From the sequence record OZ346187.1: a stretch of DNA of 64,000 bases, one strand, 5' to 3'. Origin of the DNA: a phage. The notes under the pieces are model-generated. The model was given only the letters and a program-made list of their open reading frames with translations, was not told the DNA's origin and ran no database searches. The translations under genes and the position numbers were made by a program. Positions 1 through 9,873 of this stretch are shown here, piece after piece. Numbering within the stretch: position 1 is the first letter of the stretch; each line of letters begins with the position of its first letter.

Positions 1-13
1 GGCAGTTGTCCAG

Positions 14-232
14 TTGCCAGACCCAGAGTGCCGTGATTCTGATGTTGACTATTACGGATTTAGACAAATTACCGATGTGCATGTTTACCACAACGGTGAA
101 GAGGTGGACTTCCACCAACTGCCAAACGATTTGCGACACTCAATTTACAAACGTGCAGCCCGTGAACTAGAGTCCTATCTGGATGCAGCGACGACAGCAG
201 CTGCATTTGCTGAAGAAGTGGGAGGTTTCTGA
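14..232 (+). CDS. hypothetical protein (may be the 3' part of a gene starting upstream of the window)
   Basis: ORF-track ORF at window edge, same strand as downstream early genes; no recognisable motif. Confidence 0.3.
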   Translation: MPDPECRDSDVDYYGFRQITDVHVYHNGEEVDFHQLPNDLRHSIYKRAARELESYLDAATTAAAFAEEVGGF

Positions 233-627
233 TGATTACAGGTGTGAAGGTTATCCAATACCACTTAACCAAATTGGAAGATGCTGAAAAAGAGCTTGCA
301 GAAGTTCTGAATAGTGGATATACTTTGCTATCATGCGCCTGCTCAGACACCTACGCTGTGTGGACACTTATCCGGAAGGAGGAGCCTGCAGGGATCTTGG
401 TGCCAAACCCTAAGATTATCAGTGAAGTGGATGACTGCTCTCAGGACGGCCTGTCAGAAGGCTGGGAAGTATGGGAAGGTGGTGAAAACCCTGCACCAGG
501 TAAGTGGGTAAAATACAAACTACGTAGCGGTGCACAGCACGCTGGATACTCTGATAACCTGGACTGGAGTCATTCTTCACCGGAATCATTGGTAAGTGCA
601 TATGATATCGTTGCTTTTCAGGAATAA
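232..627 (+). CDS. hypothetical protein
   Basis: ORF-track ORF, tightly packed with neighbours; no recognisable motif. Confidence 0.45.
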   Translation: MITGVKVIQYHLTKLEDAEKELAEVLNSGYTLLSCACSDTYAVWTLIRKEEPAGILVPNPKIISEVDDCSQDGLSEGWEVWEGGENPAPGKWVKYKLRSGAQHAGYSDNLDWSHSSPESLVSAYDIVAFQE

Positions 628-639
628 GGAGAGAGTGTT

Positions 640-1122
640 ATGTCAGATTTTATGTGGAAAGTAGGTTATGCCTCTCCTGAAATGTGCGAGGCTTGCTTTG
701 TAAAAATAGGCCGCGAGGATATTGACAAAGTGATCTTTAAGTTTCGTGATGTATCTGTGATCGGCAACCGAGTGCTTAAGCACTTAAAGAATCTGAAGCT
801 CACCAAAAAGAAGTTCTTCGGACTTTTCGAAGAGAAAGTTGATGCTTGGACCCATTGCATTCAGGAAGCTAAATCTCACTACAGTGCTATCGTTACCCCA
901 GAACGGGTAGCCAAGATGGAAGGATTCATCAACAGCACAGAGTTTGAGTGCCTAAAGGCTGCCCTTAATAGTTATCCAAAGTGCCTCAAACACCTTGACA
1001 AGTATGTAGAAAAGGATGGGGAAATGTACCTAACCCTGGACGCATATTATGAGATGCAAGAAATTTTAAATTTAGATTTGACATTGGTATCCACCGAGTA
1101 TACAATAGGTATCCGGGTTTAA
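640..1122 (+). CDS. hypothetical protein
   Basis: ORF with ATG and upstream GGAGAGAG RBS-like sequence; followed by hairpin terminator. Confidence 0.5.
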   Translation: MSDFMWKVGYASPEMCEACFVKIGREDIDKVIFKFRDVSVIGNRVLKHLKNLKLTKKKFFGLFEEKVDAWTHCIQEAKSHYSAIVTPERVAKMEGFINSTEFECLKAALNSYPKCLKHLDKYVEKDGEMYLTLDAYYEMQEILNLDLTLVSTEYTIGIRV

Positions 1123-1128
1123 CACTAG

Positions 1129-1155
1129 GCCCTGCCCGAAAGGGTGGGGCTTTTT
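1129..1155 (+). terminator. rho-independent terminator hairpin GCCCTGCCC-GAAA-GGGTGGGGC followed by TTTTT (copy 1 of 2)
   Basis: GC stem, GAAA tetraloop, T-run; near-identical copy at 12508-12535. Confidence 0.6.
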
Positions 1156-1173
1156 GCATTAGGAGACAGCAAA

Positions 1174-1938
1174 TTGAAATTCATCTACAAAGAACACTAC
1201 CACAAAGGTGTTGTGTGGAGTCTATTTGACGGGTCTGGTGGTGCAGTTATTGACTGGGCAAAAGCTGGGTACCTGTGCCTGTGCTTTAATGCAGAAGGTG
1301 CTGACCACGGCAGTTATGCAGAGGTGATAACCGATCATCCTAACATTCACTATGTGGATTATTGGATTGACCCATGGTTCCCTCAGGAAACTTTTTGCAT
1401 GTATCCAGCTCCAGACTTTATTCTTGCATTTCCTCCGTGCACGCATTTAGCGGTATCAGGTGCTGCACATTTTAAGAAAAAGCTGGCTAAGGATCCTTTG
1501 ATCCAAATTAATGCTGTAAAGGATGCTCGGGTTGCGGAAGAGTTGGGAGAGATTTACGATTGCCCGTGGCATGTAGAGAATCCTGTAGGGGTTATGTCCA
1601 CACTGTGGCGAAAACCTGATTACCGTTTTCATCCTTCGGATTATGGTGGGTATTTACCGGAGGATGATGTAAACCCCTGGTTTCCTGAATTTATAGCTCC
1701 ACGTGATGCCTACCCAAAAATAACTTGCGGCTGGATAGGCAATGGATTTATAATCCCGGCCACAAAACCTGTCCCGCAAATAGTTGACGCGGTTAGCGGG
1801 TATTCCATGCAACACGCCAAGCTGGGTGGAAAGAGTGCAAGAACGAAGATGATCCGAAGCCTCACGCCACGTGGCTGGGCAAAAGCCGTATTCTTAGCAA
1901 ACGAGCCTGTAGTAAGGAGCAGAATTAATGGGAAGTAA
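1174..1938 (+). CDS. divergent C5-cytosine methyltransferase-like protein
   Basis: Motifs in canonical order: FDGSGG (motif I FxGxGG), FPPCTHLAVSG (motif IV PC-), WHVENPVG (motif VI ENV); probable TTG start after AGGAGA RBS (ORF-track start 1144 lies inside the terminator hairpin). Confidence 0.45.
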   Translation: MKFIYKEHYHKGVVWSLFDGSGGAVIDWAKAGYLCLCFNAEGADHGSYAEVITDHPNIHYVDYWIDPWFPQETFCMYPAPDFILAFPPCTHLAVSGAAHFKKKLAKDPLIQINAVKDARVAEELGEIYDCPWHVENPVGVMSTLWRKPDYRFHPSDYGGYLPEDDVNPWFPEFIAPRDAYPKITCGWIGNGFIIPATKPVPQIVDAVSGYSMQHAKLGGKSARTKMIRSLTPRGWAKAVFLANEPVVRSRINGK

Positions 1939-4006
1939 ATTTATGGCATCTGCATACAACCGTTTCGGTGAGCCAAACCCGAAAGCAATTAAGTATAAAA
2001 GTGGGGGAAGTGTGAAACGAGACTATCGTGATGAAAAAGAGGTTGAAACTGTAGAGACTGTTTTAGAAAATACTAAAATCGTCCCTGTCCCACAACAAAA
2101 TATCGGTCTGATGGCTGCACAATATTTTGGTGTGCGATCAGCATTGTCCCAAGAAGACGGTGTGACAGTCACTGCAACATATTTCCCATATTACGACCGA
2201 TACGGAAATCTGTCCGGTTTCAAAAAGCGTGACTGGACTATTCCTAAAGAACAAAGGGGCCACTTCTCCGTTGTTGGCATAGTAAAGGCCAACTCCCAGA
2301 TGTTTGGTCAAAAGCTGTGTGCATCTTCCAACAACCGTAAGCAGATTAACGTTTGTGAGGGAGAAGGTGATGTTATTGCAGCATGGCAGGCTGCATATCA
2401 GATACAAGTAAAAGGGATTCTCACCAACGCTAAAGCCCCGGCAAAGGTGAAGCAGTGGGCTAAAGAGGTCCAGGACGGGATCGACGCAGTTATCAACGGT
2501 GGTGATCTGGCAGGAAAACCCTGCCTGCCTTTTGTTGGAATTAACTGTGGATGTGCAAACGCAGTAGATACTTTTGCAAACAATGAGAAGTTTATCCGTA
2601 GCTATGGAACAGTTGTGCTGGCAATGGATAACGATGCAGCTAACGAGGTAGAGAAGCAAAAACACGTCATTAAAGGTGTTGAGGCCACGCACAATATCGC
2701 AGCATTTTTGATGGCTGATAACGTTTACCACGTAGAATACCCTGGTGAAGTAAATGACCCTGACGGGGTAAAAGATATCCGTGACATGCTGAAGGCTAAA
2801 AAGCTGGAAGATATTGTCAACATGTTCCGGCACCCTGTTAAATATGTGCCTGATGCTGTGTCGGATTTAGAAGACTTCTCTATCGAGTCTTTGCGGAAAA
2901 AGACTTCCAACGGGGTAGATATCAGCGCAGAGTTCCCAAAACTGCAAAAAATGCTAAAAGGCTTGCACAAAGGGACACTCGTAATGCTTACAGGGCCATC
3001 AGGGGGCGGTAAAACAACTGTAGCTAAAAAACTGGAACATTGTATTGCAAGATACCTAATGGACCCGACATGCCCGAAGGCTGATGACTATGAAGAGGAT
3101 GATCGTCTATGTATGATCCATCTTGAGGAGGACCCAGAGGAAGCAATTAACTCCTTGTATGCAAACCAGTTAGGGTTTGATGTTAAAGAGTTTGTTGAAG
3201 ATCCTAGCCAGTTTTTAACTGATCAAGAACACGCAGAGATTCACCAATCATGGGCAAAAGCTGGAAAAATCAAAGTGTTCAAACATTTCGGATCTATTCC
3301 GGTGGACGAGTTGATTACCAAGCTTAAGCAAATGGTTTGCCTGTACCATTGCCGTTATATTGTGCTGGATCACCTATCCATGGTAATTTCAGGGCTTAAT
3401 GTTAAGGATGAGCGAAAAGAACTGGACATGGCTATGACTCAGCTGGCTGCGTTTTGTAAGCAGTTTAACGTGTTTATCTTGGTGATCGCTCACCTCAAAC
3501 GTACAGAGATTGTGCCTCCTAAGGACAAGGATGGTAACCCGTTACCTTTCTGGTATCCTGTGCGAAAAGAGAATTTGCGAGGATCGGCGGGGCTTGAACA
3601 GTTGAGTTGGGTAGTCATAGGTGTCGAGGCCGAAGAAATGGTGGATCGTTCTCGTGGACGTGTCCGTCTGGTAGGTCTTAAAAACCGTCCAGCAAAAACT
3701 CTAGGTATTGCTGACACTTTGGTTATGGACCCGCACACAGGTAAGTTCCATGATGCCAGTAATTGGTACTGGGACAAAGAAATGCAAATGTTTACAGACG
3801 GAGAAGGTGGGGAGGTTGTTTGGAGACCTCAGGCTATGTTTGAGGATCAGGAGCATGCAGTTGTAGAAACACCTATGGGCAAGGTTGTGGCTGATAAGGT
3901 TGTAACTCCTACTGTTAAGCCTGTTGACACGCAGGAAGACCTCCAGTACGATGATCCATCCTCTGACCCGGTCCCTGGTTTTGAGGATGATGAAACGCCT
4001 TTTTAA
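1928..4006 (+). CDS. DNA primase-helicase (TOPRIM + DnaB-like helicase)
   Basis: TOPRIM-like NVCEGEGD; Walker A LTGPSGGGKTT; DnaB-like CRYIVLDHLSM; acidic C-terminal tail ending DDETPF. Confidence 0.8.
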   Translation: MGSKFMASAYNRFGEPNPKAIKYKSGGSVKRDYRDEKEVETVETVLENTKIVPVPQQNIGLMAAQYFGVRSALSQEDGVTVTATYFPYYDRYGNLSGFKKRDWTIPKEQRGHFSVVGIVKANSQMFGQKLCASSNNRKQINVCEGEGDVIAAWQAAYQIQVKGILTNAKAPAKVKQWAKEVQDGIDAVINGGDLAGKPCLPFVGINCGCANAVDTFANNEKFIRSYGTVVLAMDNDAANEVEKQKHVIKGVEATHNIAAFLMADNVYHVEYPGEVNDPDGVKDIRDMLKAKKLEDIVNMFRHPVKYVPDAVSDLEDFSIESLRKKTSNGVDISAEFPKLQKMLKGLHKGTLVMLTGPSGGGKTTVAKKLEHCIARYLMDPTCPKADDYEEDDRLCMIHLEEDPEEAINSLYANQLGFDVKEFVEDPSQFLTDQEHAEIHQSWAKAGKIKVFKHFGSIPVDELITKLKQMVCLYHCRYIVLDHLSMVISGLNVKDERKELDMAMTQLAAFCKQFNVFILVIAHLKRTEIVPPKDKDGNPLPFWYPVRKENLRGSAGLEQLSWVVIGVEAEEMVDRSRGRVRLVGLKNRPAKTLGIADTLVMDPHTGKFHDASNWYWDKEMQMFTDGEGGEVVWRPQAMFEDQEHAVVETPMGKVVADKVVTPTVKPVDTQEDLQYDDPSSDPVPGFEDDETPF

Positions 4007-4068
4007 TGTTTAACAAAGAGTGGGAGGGGTAGTACAACCGCCTCCCCTTTAAGGAGAACGTTTATACT

Positions 4069-7000
4069 ATGAGTATGTGGAATTTTGACTTTGAGGCCTC
4101 AGGTCTTCTGGACGAGGAAGATCTTTACTACCATTGTGGCCTGTTTAAAGAGTTGAATAAAAATAATTTTATGTTGTTTTTGCCTATCAATGATAGATCT
4201 CATTACAGTGAAGAGGAGGTTGAAAAAGCAAAACAATTTATGCTGGCAAAGCAAGATATCTATCCTAGCTGCTCTGTCCGTATTGCGGATTTCAGCCAGC
4301 TTGAATGGTGGTTAACCGGGAACTCCGATTGGTCACCCACATCATTAAGTTGTCACAACTGTTTTAGTTATGACTTTATCTTGATGGAGAAGCTGTCTGG
4401 TATTCATTTTGATATGTTCCGTGATCCCAAGTGTATGGGGACAATCAATAATCATCAGGTGAACCTGTTCGACACTCTGCCAATGAGTCGTATACTATGG
4501 CCCGACAGACCGTTACCTAAAGGATGCCCTGATTCTGTATACAATCCTGTTACAAAACGTATGCAGCAGGTAGGTCCTCATGGCCTAATGGCGTGGGGGT
4601 ACGCTTTAGGAAACCAGAAGGTTAAAATTGATGACTGGAGAAATTTACCTCTGTGGAAGTATGTTGATCGTGTATTCGAGGACGTTATCATCCAGGAGCT
4701 GCTCTGGAAAGAGCTGGTAGCGGAATCAAAAGGTGTATTCTACGGCAAATCTGACATGCAGAACTTTATGTACGATCCAGCCAAAGAGAAGCCGAAAGGG
4801 TTCAAGAAGATTACCTGGAAGAATGCATTACGCCGAGGCATGCTGCAGCACTTCCTGATGGAGCTGCAGGCCCGTCAGGGTGTATACTTCGACATAGATG
4901 GAGCTATTGCTTTACGTGACCGTTGCGATGCGTGGATGAAAGAAATCGCTGATCGTGTTGAACCACAACTACCTTTAAAAGAGCTGTCAATGTCTCAGCG
5001 GCCCAAGTTCCCTGAAAAGCCGTTTAACCAAGACGGGACAATCTCTAATAATGGTTGGAAATGGTTAAAAGATAAGCTTGGCTATCCTGTAGACATGAGT
5101 GCTTTAGAGTTCAAAGCCCCGCCTAAGCGAGCATTTACCTCTACAGGAGATGTCAGCAAGATGGGGATAAAATGGTGTGAAGAGATGGGCTGCAAAGACC
5201 CCGATAAGATGGCTGATTTCTTGAGAGGCTATATTAAGGGCACCTCCACACCACAACCCTTACCTAAAGAGCTGATGGATCAGGCAATAAGTGATCTGCA
5301 GCAGAAGCGAATGCCTGACTGCAAGATACCTATGAAAATCAGCAATCAGGACGACATCAAGCGATACCTAATCAGTGCTGGTTGGCTCCCAACAATGTGG
5401 AGAACTAAAGATGTAACTAAAGACAGCAAGAAGAAAGCTTTACCTGATGCAGATGTTGATGCACGAGTATATGCATATATGGACGAGCTTTTGGAGTCAG
5501 AGTATTGTGACCTAATTATCAACTTCTGGAACAAAACTGATGCTAAGTTCCAGACAACCGTGCACAAGTTCCGAAGCTTTCCTAACTCCGAAAGGATTAA
5601 AAAGGAAGTATTCGGGAAAATACGTAGAAAAGCCAGGGCACTTATTACTTCTCCGCAACTGAAAGATACGTTTGGACACCTATGCCCAAATCTTGAAAAA
5701 TTGAACGGAGAGATGGCTAAAGATATCGTCTTGTGGTTATCATTGCGAAACCGCAGATCGGTCCTTGATCCAATCAAGGAGGATAAGGTTGATACTGGTC
5801 TTCTTAATCACCCACGTTTGAAGATTGACCATAAGCTTCCTGCTAAAAGCTCTGGATTAACAAACACTTCCAGACAGAAACACAGTATTTGTGCAAACAT
5901 GCCTAAACCATCTCCTAAAGTGGTTATGGGTAAAGAGATGCGTAGTCTGTGGGGTGTTCCTCCGGGATACTTTGAGATCGGTATTGACGGGTCCAACTTA
6001 GAGCAGCTTATCGGGGCTTGGGGTGCCTTTGAGTTCGACAACGGCCTGTATTATGATGTTGTAAGTAATGGCGATGCACACTGTTATTCAGGAGATACAC
6101 AAATTCTCACGGAGAAAGGGTGGGTGAGGTTTGAAGATCTTGATCCGGGAACACAAGTGTTCCAGTACGATCACAACACCTCGTCAATGAACCTTGTTAC
6201 TCCATTAAATTACGTTAAGCGTAGTTATTGTGGGGATATGTATCATTTCCACAACAGTAGTGTGGATTTTATGGTTACAGATCAACACAGGATGCTGACT
6301 GTGGATCACAGAAGCAATAAATTGTTTGAAGATTTGGCAAAAGACCTGAAAGCAGGTAAAGGGTCTAATTCAGGAAGAAGGTTTATCCATGCGGCAGAGT
6401 TTTATGGGAATACAACCTTATCTCCTGCCCAGGTTAATTTGCTTATTGCTATTCACGATGATGGGCACTTGCATACAAATAAGGACGGCAGCATCGTGTG
6501 CAGGATTCAGGTCGGAAAGGGAAGAAAAGTTGCAACGCTTTTAGATACTTTTTCTGCTCTAAGCCTTAGTTATGTAGAGCAGAGCGGGAAAACCACAAAA
6601 GGGGGCTTACTGGCGAGAAGGTTCCAATTCCACGTTCCGTCCTGGGTATTTGAGTTTTTGGACAACAATAAGGATTTCACCTATAACCTGATGAACCTTG
6701 ATAAAGAATCTAAAAACCTGTTTATAGCTTCTTTATCTAACTGGGACGGGTGGGTATCTTCCGAAGGTGGAAAGGTTGCTTACTACTCCCAGGCCGAGTG
6801 CAGGAAGAAATCTGTAGAGGTGGTGTCTGCGCTGGCTACTCAGTGTGGTTTACGGAATAATACGGTGGCGATTCACAAAAAAGGTCGTGCCGTGCAGCAC
6901 AGAATCACAATTGGTAGCAAACAGAGAGCAGGGTTGCTGACACTATCTAAAGAGTCTGTCGAGGTGAGCGGTTCTTTGGTTTATTGCGTTACCGTCCCTT

Positions 7001-7401
7001 CTGGAGCAATCATTGTGAGAAGGAATGGTAAAGTGGCAGTGTGCGGTAACTGTAATAACGCCAAAGCTTACTCTTCTGTAGCAGGCAAGGAGATTTCCCG
7101 TAACGATGGTAAACCTATCACGTATGGGGTTATGTATGGGGCACAAAAAGATAAAGTTGCAGATATGCTGGACATCTCCCCAGAGTTGGGACAAAGGGTA
7201 ATCGATGCACTCTGGGATGCCAACCCAGGTCTTAAGGGGCGCAAAGAGGATCTGGAGAAATTCTGGGAAGCAACAGGTAAGAAGTTTATCTACTCTTTTG
7301 ATGGTCATGCTATCTGGACCCGATCTAAACACTCTTTACTTAATGCATACCAACAAAATGGCGGTGCATCGTTGTGTGACTTAGTTGGAATACTCATGCA
7401 C
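4069..7401 (+). CDS. DNA polymerase, family A, exon 1 (contains an in-frame intein; ORF reads through to a stop at 7467 inside the intron)
   Basis: 3'-5' exo motifs FDFEASGL (Exo I) and CHNCFSYDF (Exo II); motif B-like RNDGKPITYGVMYGAQ; ORF ends ...GILMH just before the expected HDE of motif C. Confidence 0.85.
6082..7050 (+). mobile_element. intein with LAGLIDADG homing-endonuclease domain inside DNA polymerase
   Basis: Starts CYSGDTQILTEKG (intein block A), TDQHRML (block B TxxH), LAGLIDADG-like LLIAIHDDGH and LFIASLSNWDGW, ends ...VAVCGN followed by Cys (+1). Confidence 0.65.
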
Positions 7402-7737
7402 CACCAGATGGTGAAGCGTGGGTGGTACGATGAAGGTGTTCGTCGTATTATTTATTACCATAAATAACATTGTGGCTTCATAGAGTAATCTATGTCGAAT
7501 AACCTCTTTAACTGCGGGAAGCCTAAACCTTATGGCAAGGTAATCCGCAACGAAGCGCTCAAAAGAGCGAACGCTCAGAGGCCATTCCGAAAGGAAGTAG
7601 ACCAGCAAGTGCGGTCGAAATGGGAGGATTCCTGTGGTTGCTTATCATAGGAATATGAGATGGTCCGATCCTACGTGAAAACGTATGGCTATGCACGTAA
7701 TGGTGCGGGGTAGCTTAACGACCTACCTGAACTATTG
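7402..7737 (+). mobile_element. group I intron without ORF, interrupting DNA polymerase at motif C (boundaries approximate)
   Basis: P-like AACTGCGGGAAG, Q-like AATCCGCAAC, R-like CTCAGAGGCCA, S-like AGATGGTCCGATCC; joining exons gives ...ILMH-DEYQLQV. Confidence 0.6.
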
Positions 7738-8091
7738 GATGAGTACCAACTTCAAGTGCCTGACACACCGAAGTATAAGACTGTGTACACCTTCGACACA
7801 ATTGAAGAACTGGAAGCATTTAAGGCAGAGCAGGAAGCCAAACTTCATGTGTTCGACGGTCATAAGTACAAAAAGGCACGCAAGGATGAGGACGGAAACG
7901 AAGTGGTTGACAGAGACGGAAACACGGTGTACGATCCTATCCTGAACGATGACGGAAAGCTTGAACTTATCTGGAGCCCTGTGGGTGAAATGGTGGTACA
8001 TTGCTTCTGGCAAGCTTCTAAAATGATGGGAGTCCCGTTCCAGATCACAGGTGAATACTTGTGTGGTCGTAATTGGGGTGATTGTCACTAA
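7738..8091 (+). CDS. DNA polymerase, family A, exon 2 (C-terminal part)
   Basis: Begins DEYQLQV (completes motif C HDE) and ends GRNWGDCH, the conserved C-terminal His of family-A polymerases. Confidence 0.7.
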   Translation, partial: DEYQLQVPDTPKYKTVYTFDTIEELEAFKAEQEAKLHVFDGHKYKKARKDEDGNEVVDRDGNTVYDPILNDDGKLELIWSPVGEMVVHCFWQASKMMGVPFQITGEYLCGRNWGDCH

Positions 8092-8140
8092 TGTAAACTA
8101 TCAACACATGGAAGTGTTGTTGAGCAAAGAGGAGACTTTT

Positions 8141-8425
8141 ATGGTAGTAGAACCAACAAAAACATTTACATCCATGACTATCCCTGTTATTATGCAGGTG
8201 GAGTGTGTTCAGGTATCTCAAGTGTGGCCTGGCACCAAAATCCCAACAGGGCCTGATTTCTTTCAGGTTGGGAAAGTGTACAATGTCTGGAAGGCACCAG
8301 ATTGTTACCCTTTCATTAAAGATGACCGTGGGATGCTGTGGTATCTTGGAAATGACTTGACACTGCACCTTGGGAATGCTATTATTGCAGTATTCAGACT
8401 TAACAAGAAGGAGACCGATCAATGA
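8141..8425 (+). CDS. hypothetical protein
   Basis: ORF-track 8051-8425; ATG at 8141 preceded by AGAGGAGA RBS. Confidence 0.45.
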   Translation: MVVEPTKTFTSMTIPVIMQVECVQVSQVWPGTKIPTGPDFFQVGKVYNVWKAPDCYPFIKDDRGMLWYLGNDLTLHLGNAIIAVFRLNKKETDQ

Positions 8426-8649
8426 CGACTTTGGTTAAAGCCACCTTTGTAGAAGAAAAGATGACAGACATGTCATTCTTTAAAGAAGGAAAGACCTACG
8501 AGGTTTATTCCGATAAAGCTCGTGCAAACAAAATGATTAAAGACGAGGAAGGGGTTGACTGGTATATCTCTCACCTGGCAAACGGTGAGTATCATATCTA
8601 CGGAACCACTTTGCTTGCCAAGTTTGTAGTTGTTGAAGAGGACCTATGA
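8422..8649 (+). CDS. hypothetical protein
   Basis: ORF overlapping neighbours by 4 nt (ATGA coupling). Confidence 0.45.
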   Translation: MTTLVKATFVEEKMTDMSFFKEGKTYEVYSDKARANKMIKDEEGVDWYISHLANGEYHIYGTTLLAKFVVVEEDL

Positions 8650-8840
8650 AAGTAAAGTATCTTGCTGAAGGTATGAATAGGTATTTTACCCTTGGTGAAG
8701 AATATTGGCCCTTTACAAACAACGGCGATGTCTACGTGAAAGATAATTTCGGCACGCCGTGGTTTCTGCACTCTAATGGGCTGGGATACTCCATTTACTG
8801 CGGTGCAGTGAACAACACAACTCTTGCAGAGTTCGTTTAG
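8646..8840 (+). CDS. hypothetical protein
   Basis: ORF, ATGA-type overlap with upstream gene. Confidence 0.45.
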   Translation: MKVKYLAEGMNRYFTLGEEYWPFTNNGDVYVKDNFGTPWFLHSNGLGYSIYCGAVNNTTLAEFV

Positions 8841-8850
8841 AGGAGGTAGG

Positions 8851-9222
8851 ATGTTAGTAAAAGGTACCCACACAGTCAAACAACGTATTGAAGTTGAGAT
8901 TGATGATTGTGAGCTGAAGCATATTTTACGGTCATGCTCCAACGTTTTGCTCCTTAGTATTCTTCAGGAGCGAGCGGAGAACGAGTTCTTAAATGCATTG
9001 GCAGGCCGTCCCGGTGACTTCTGTGTGCGTAAGCGTGGTGACAACAAGTCGTGGTTGTGGGAGATCGATGCCGACTGGGATTACCACAAAAATGAGGGTA
9101 TAGATGAGCCTATTCGTGAACTGACGGACAAAGAGATTCAGATGTACAATGAAGTTTGTCATTGGGCAACACGCCAACAAATTTACCTAGACCCTGTGTG
9201 GCTGATTGAAAATAGTCGTTGA
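8851..9222 (+). CDS. hypothetical protein
   Basis: ATG at 8851 preceded by AGGAGG RBS. Confidence 0.45.
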   Translation: MLVKGTHTVKQRIEVEIDDCELKHILRSCSNVLLLSILQERAENEFLNALAGRPGDFCVRKRGDNKSWLWEIDADWDYHKNEGIDEPIRELTDKEIQMYNEVCHWATRQQIYLDPVWLIENSR

Positions 9223-9247
9223 CAAGAAGTAAGGTTAGATGTAAGAT
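9219..9247 (+). promoter_or_regulatory. sigma70-like promoter TTGACA-17-TAAGAT
   Basis: -35 TTGACA and -10 TAAGAT with 17-nt spacer, upstream of ORF 9299. Confidence 0.55.
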
Positions 9248-9298
9248 ACTCCTCACAAACAGAGTATTGATTGTTAAATAATTAAGGAGACCTCTAAG

Positions 9299-9526
9299 AT
9301 GAAAATCATGTTGAAACCAGAATGCGTTGCAAACGACCGAGCTTTTAAAGATTGCACACTTGGCGCTACTTATGAAGCAGAGTTTTGTGAGAACCCTTTG
9401 GTAAAAGCCCTTTTGGAAGAAGTACTTTATCACAAGAAGAGCTTGATGAGCTGGAAAACTCAGCACAGTGCCTTACCTTTAAAGATGATGAAGGAGACTC
9501 TGTCTGGTGCACTGTTAACGAAGTAG
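9299..9526 (+). CDS. hypothetical protein
   Basis: ORF with AGGAGA RBS. Confidence 0.5.
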   Translation: MKIMLKPECVANDRAFKDCTLGATYEAEFCENPLVKALLEEVLYHKKSLMSWKTQHSALPLKMMKETLSGALLTK

Positions 9527-9552
9527 TTTTTGTAAAAACTGAACATTAATAC

Positions 9553-9590
9553 TTGACAACAGCGATAGGACCTAATACAATGGTCCTATC
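9553..9590 (+). promoter_or_regulatory. sigma70-like promoter TTGACA-17-TACAAT with overlapping inverted repeat GATAGGACC/GGTCCTATC (candidate operator)
   Basis: Consensus -35 and near-consensus -10; perfect 9-bp inverted repeat brackets the -10. Confidence 0.6.
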
Positions 9591-9612
9591 AAAACGAAAG
9601 GGGACCACAGCA

Positions 9613-9873
9613 ATGACCAAACAATATCAACGAATTAAAGCCAAGGTTAAGCCAGACTATCTAGAGAAGGACTCTGCTTTTCGGGACTGCACAGCTGACA
9701 AAGTTTACACAGGGGCCGTCCTGTTGAACGATAAACTTGAAGTAGATGTGCTGGGTAAAGAGGCCGTTATCGAGGATGACAACGGTGACTGTGTTTTCTG
9801 CACCACACGAGAGCTAGAAGTCTTAGAATATTTCGGTGAAATCTTCAACTCCTTAGACGACGAGGAAGCGTGA
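9613..9873 (+). CDS. hypothetical protein
   Basis: ORF-track 9553-9873; start moved to ATG 9613 downstream of promoter, with AAGGGGA RBS. Confidence 0.5.
   Translation: MTKQYQRIKAKVKPDYLEKDSAFRDCTADKVYTGAVLLNDKLEVDVLGKEAVIEDDNGDCVFCTTRELEVLEYFGEIFNSLDDEEA

Noticed and set aside
4069-7467. Treating the 1132-aa ORF as the complete DNA polymerase
   Set aside because: It lacks the motif C acidic residues and the conserved C-terminus, which appear in frame ~335 nt downstream, and it contains an intein-like insertion.
7685-7945. ORF 7685-7945 (+) in an alternative frame
   Set aside because: It starts inside the predicted group I intron and overlaps polymerase exon 2 out of frame; the exon-2 frame carries the conserved polymerase C-terminus.
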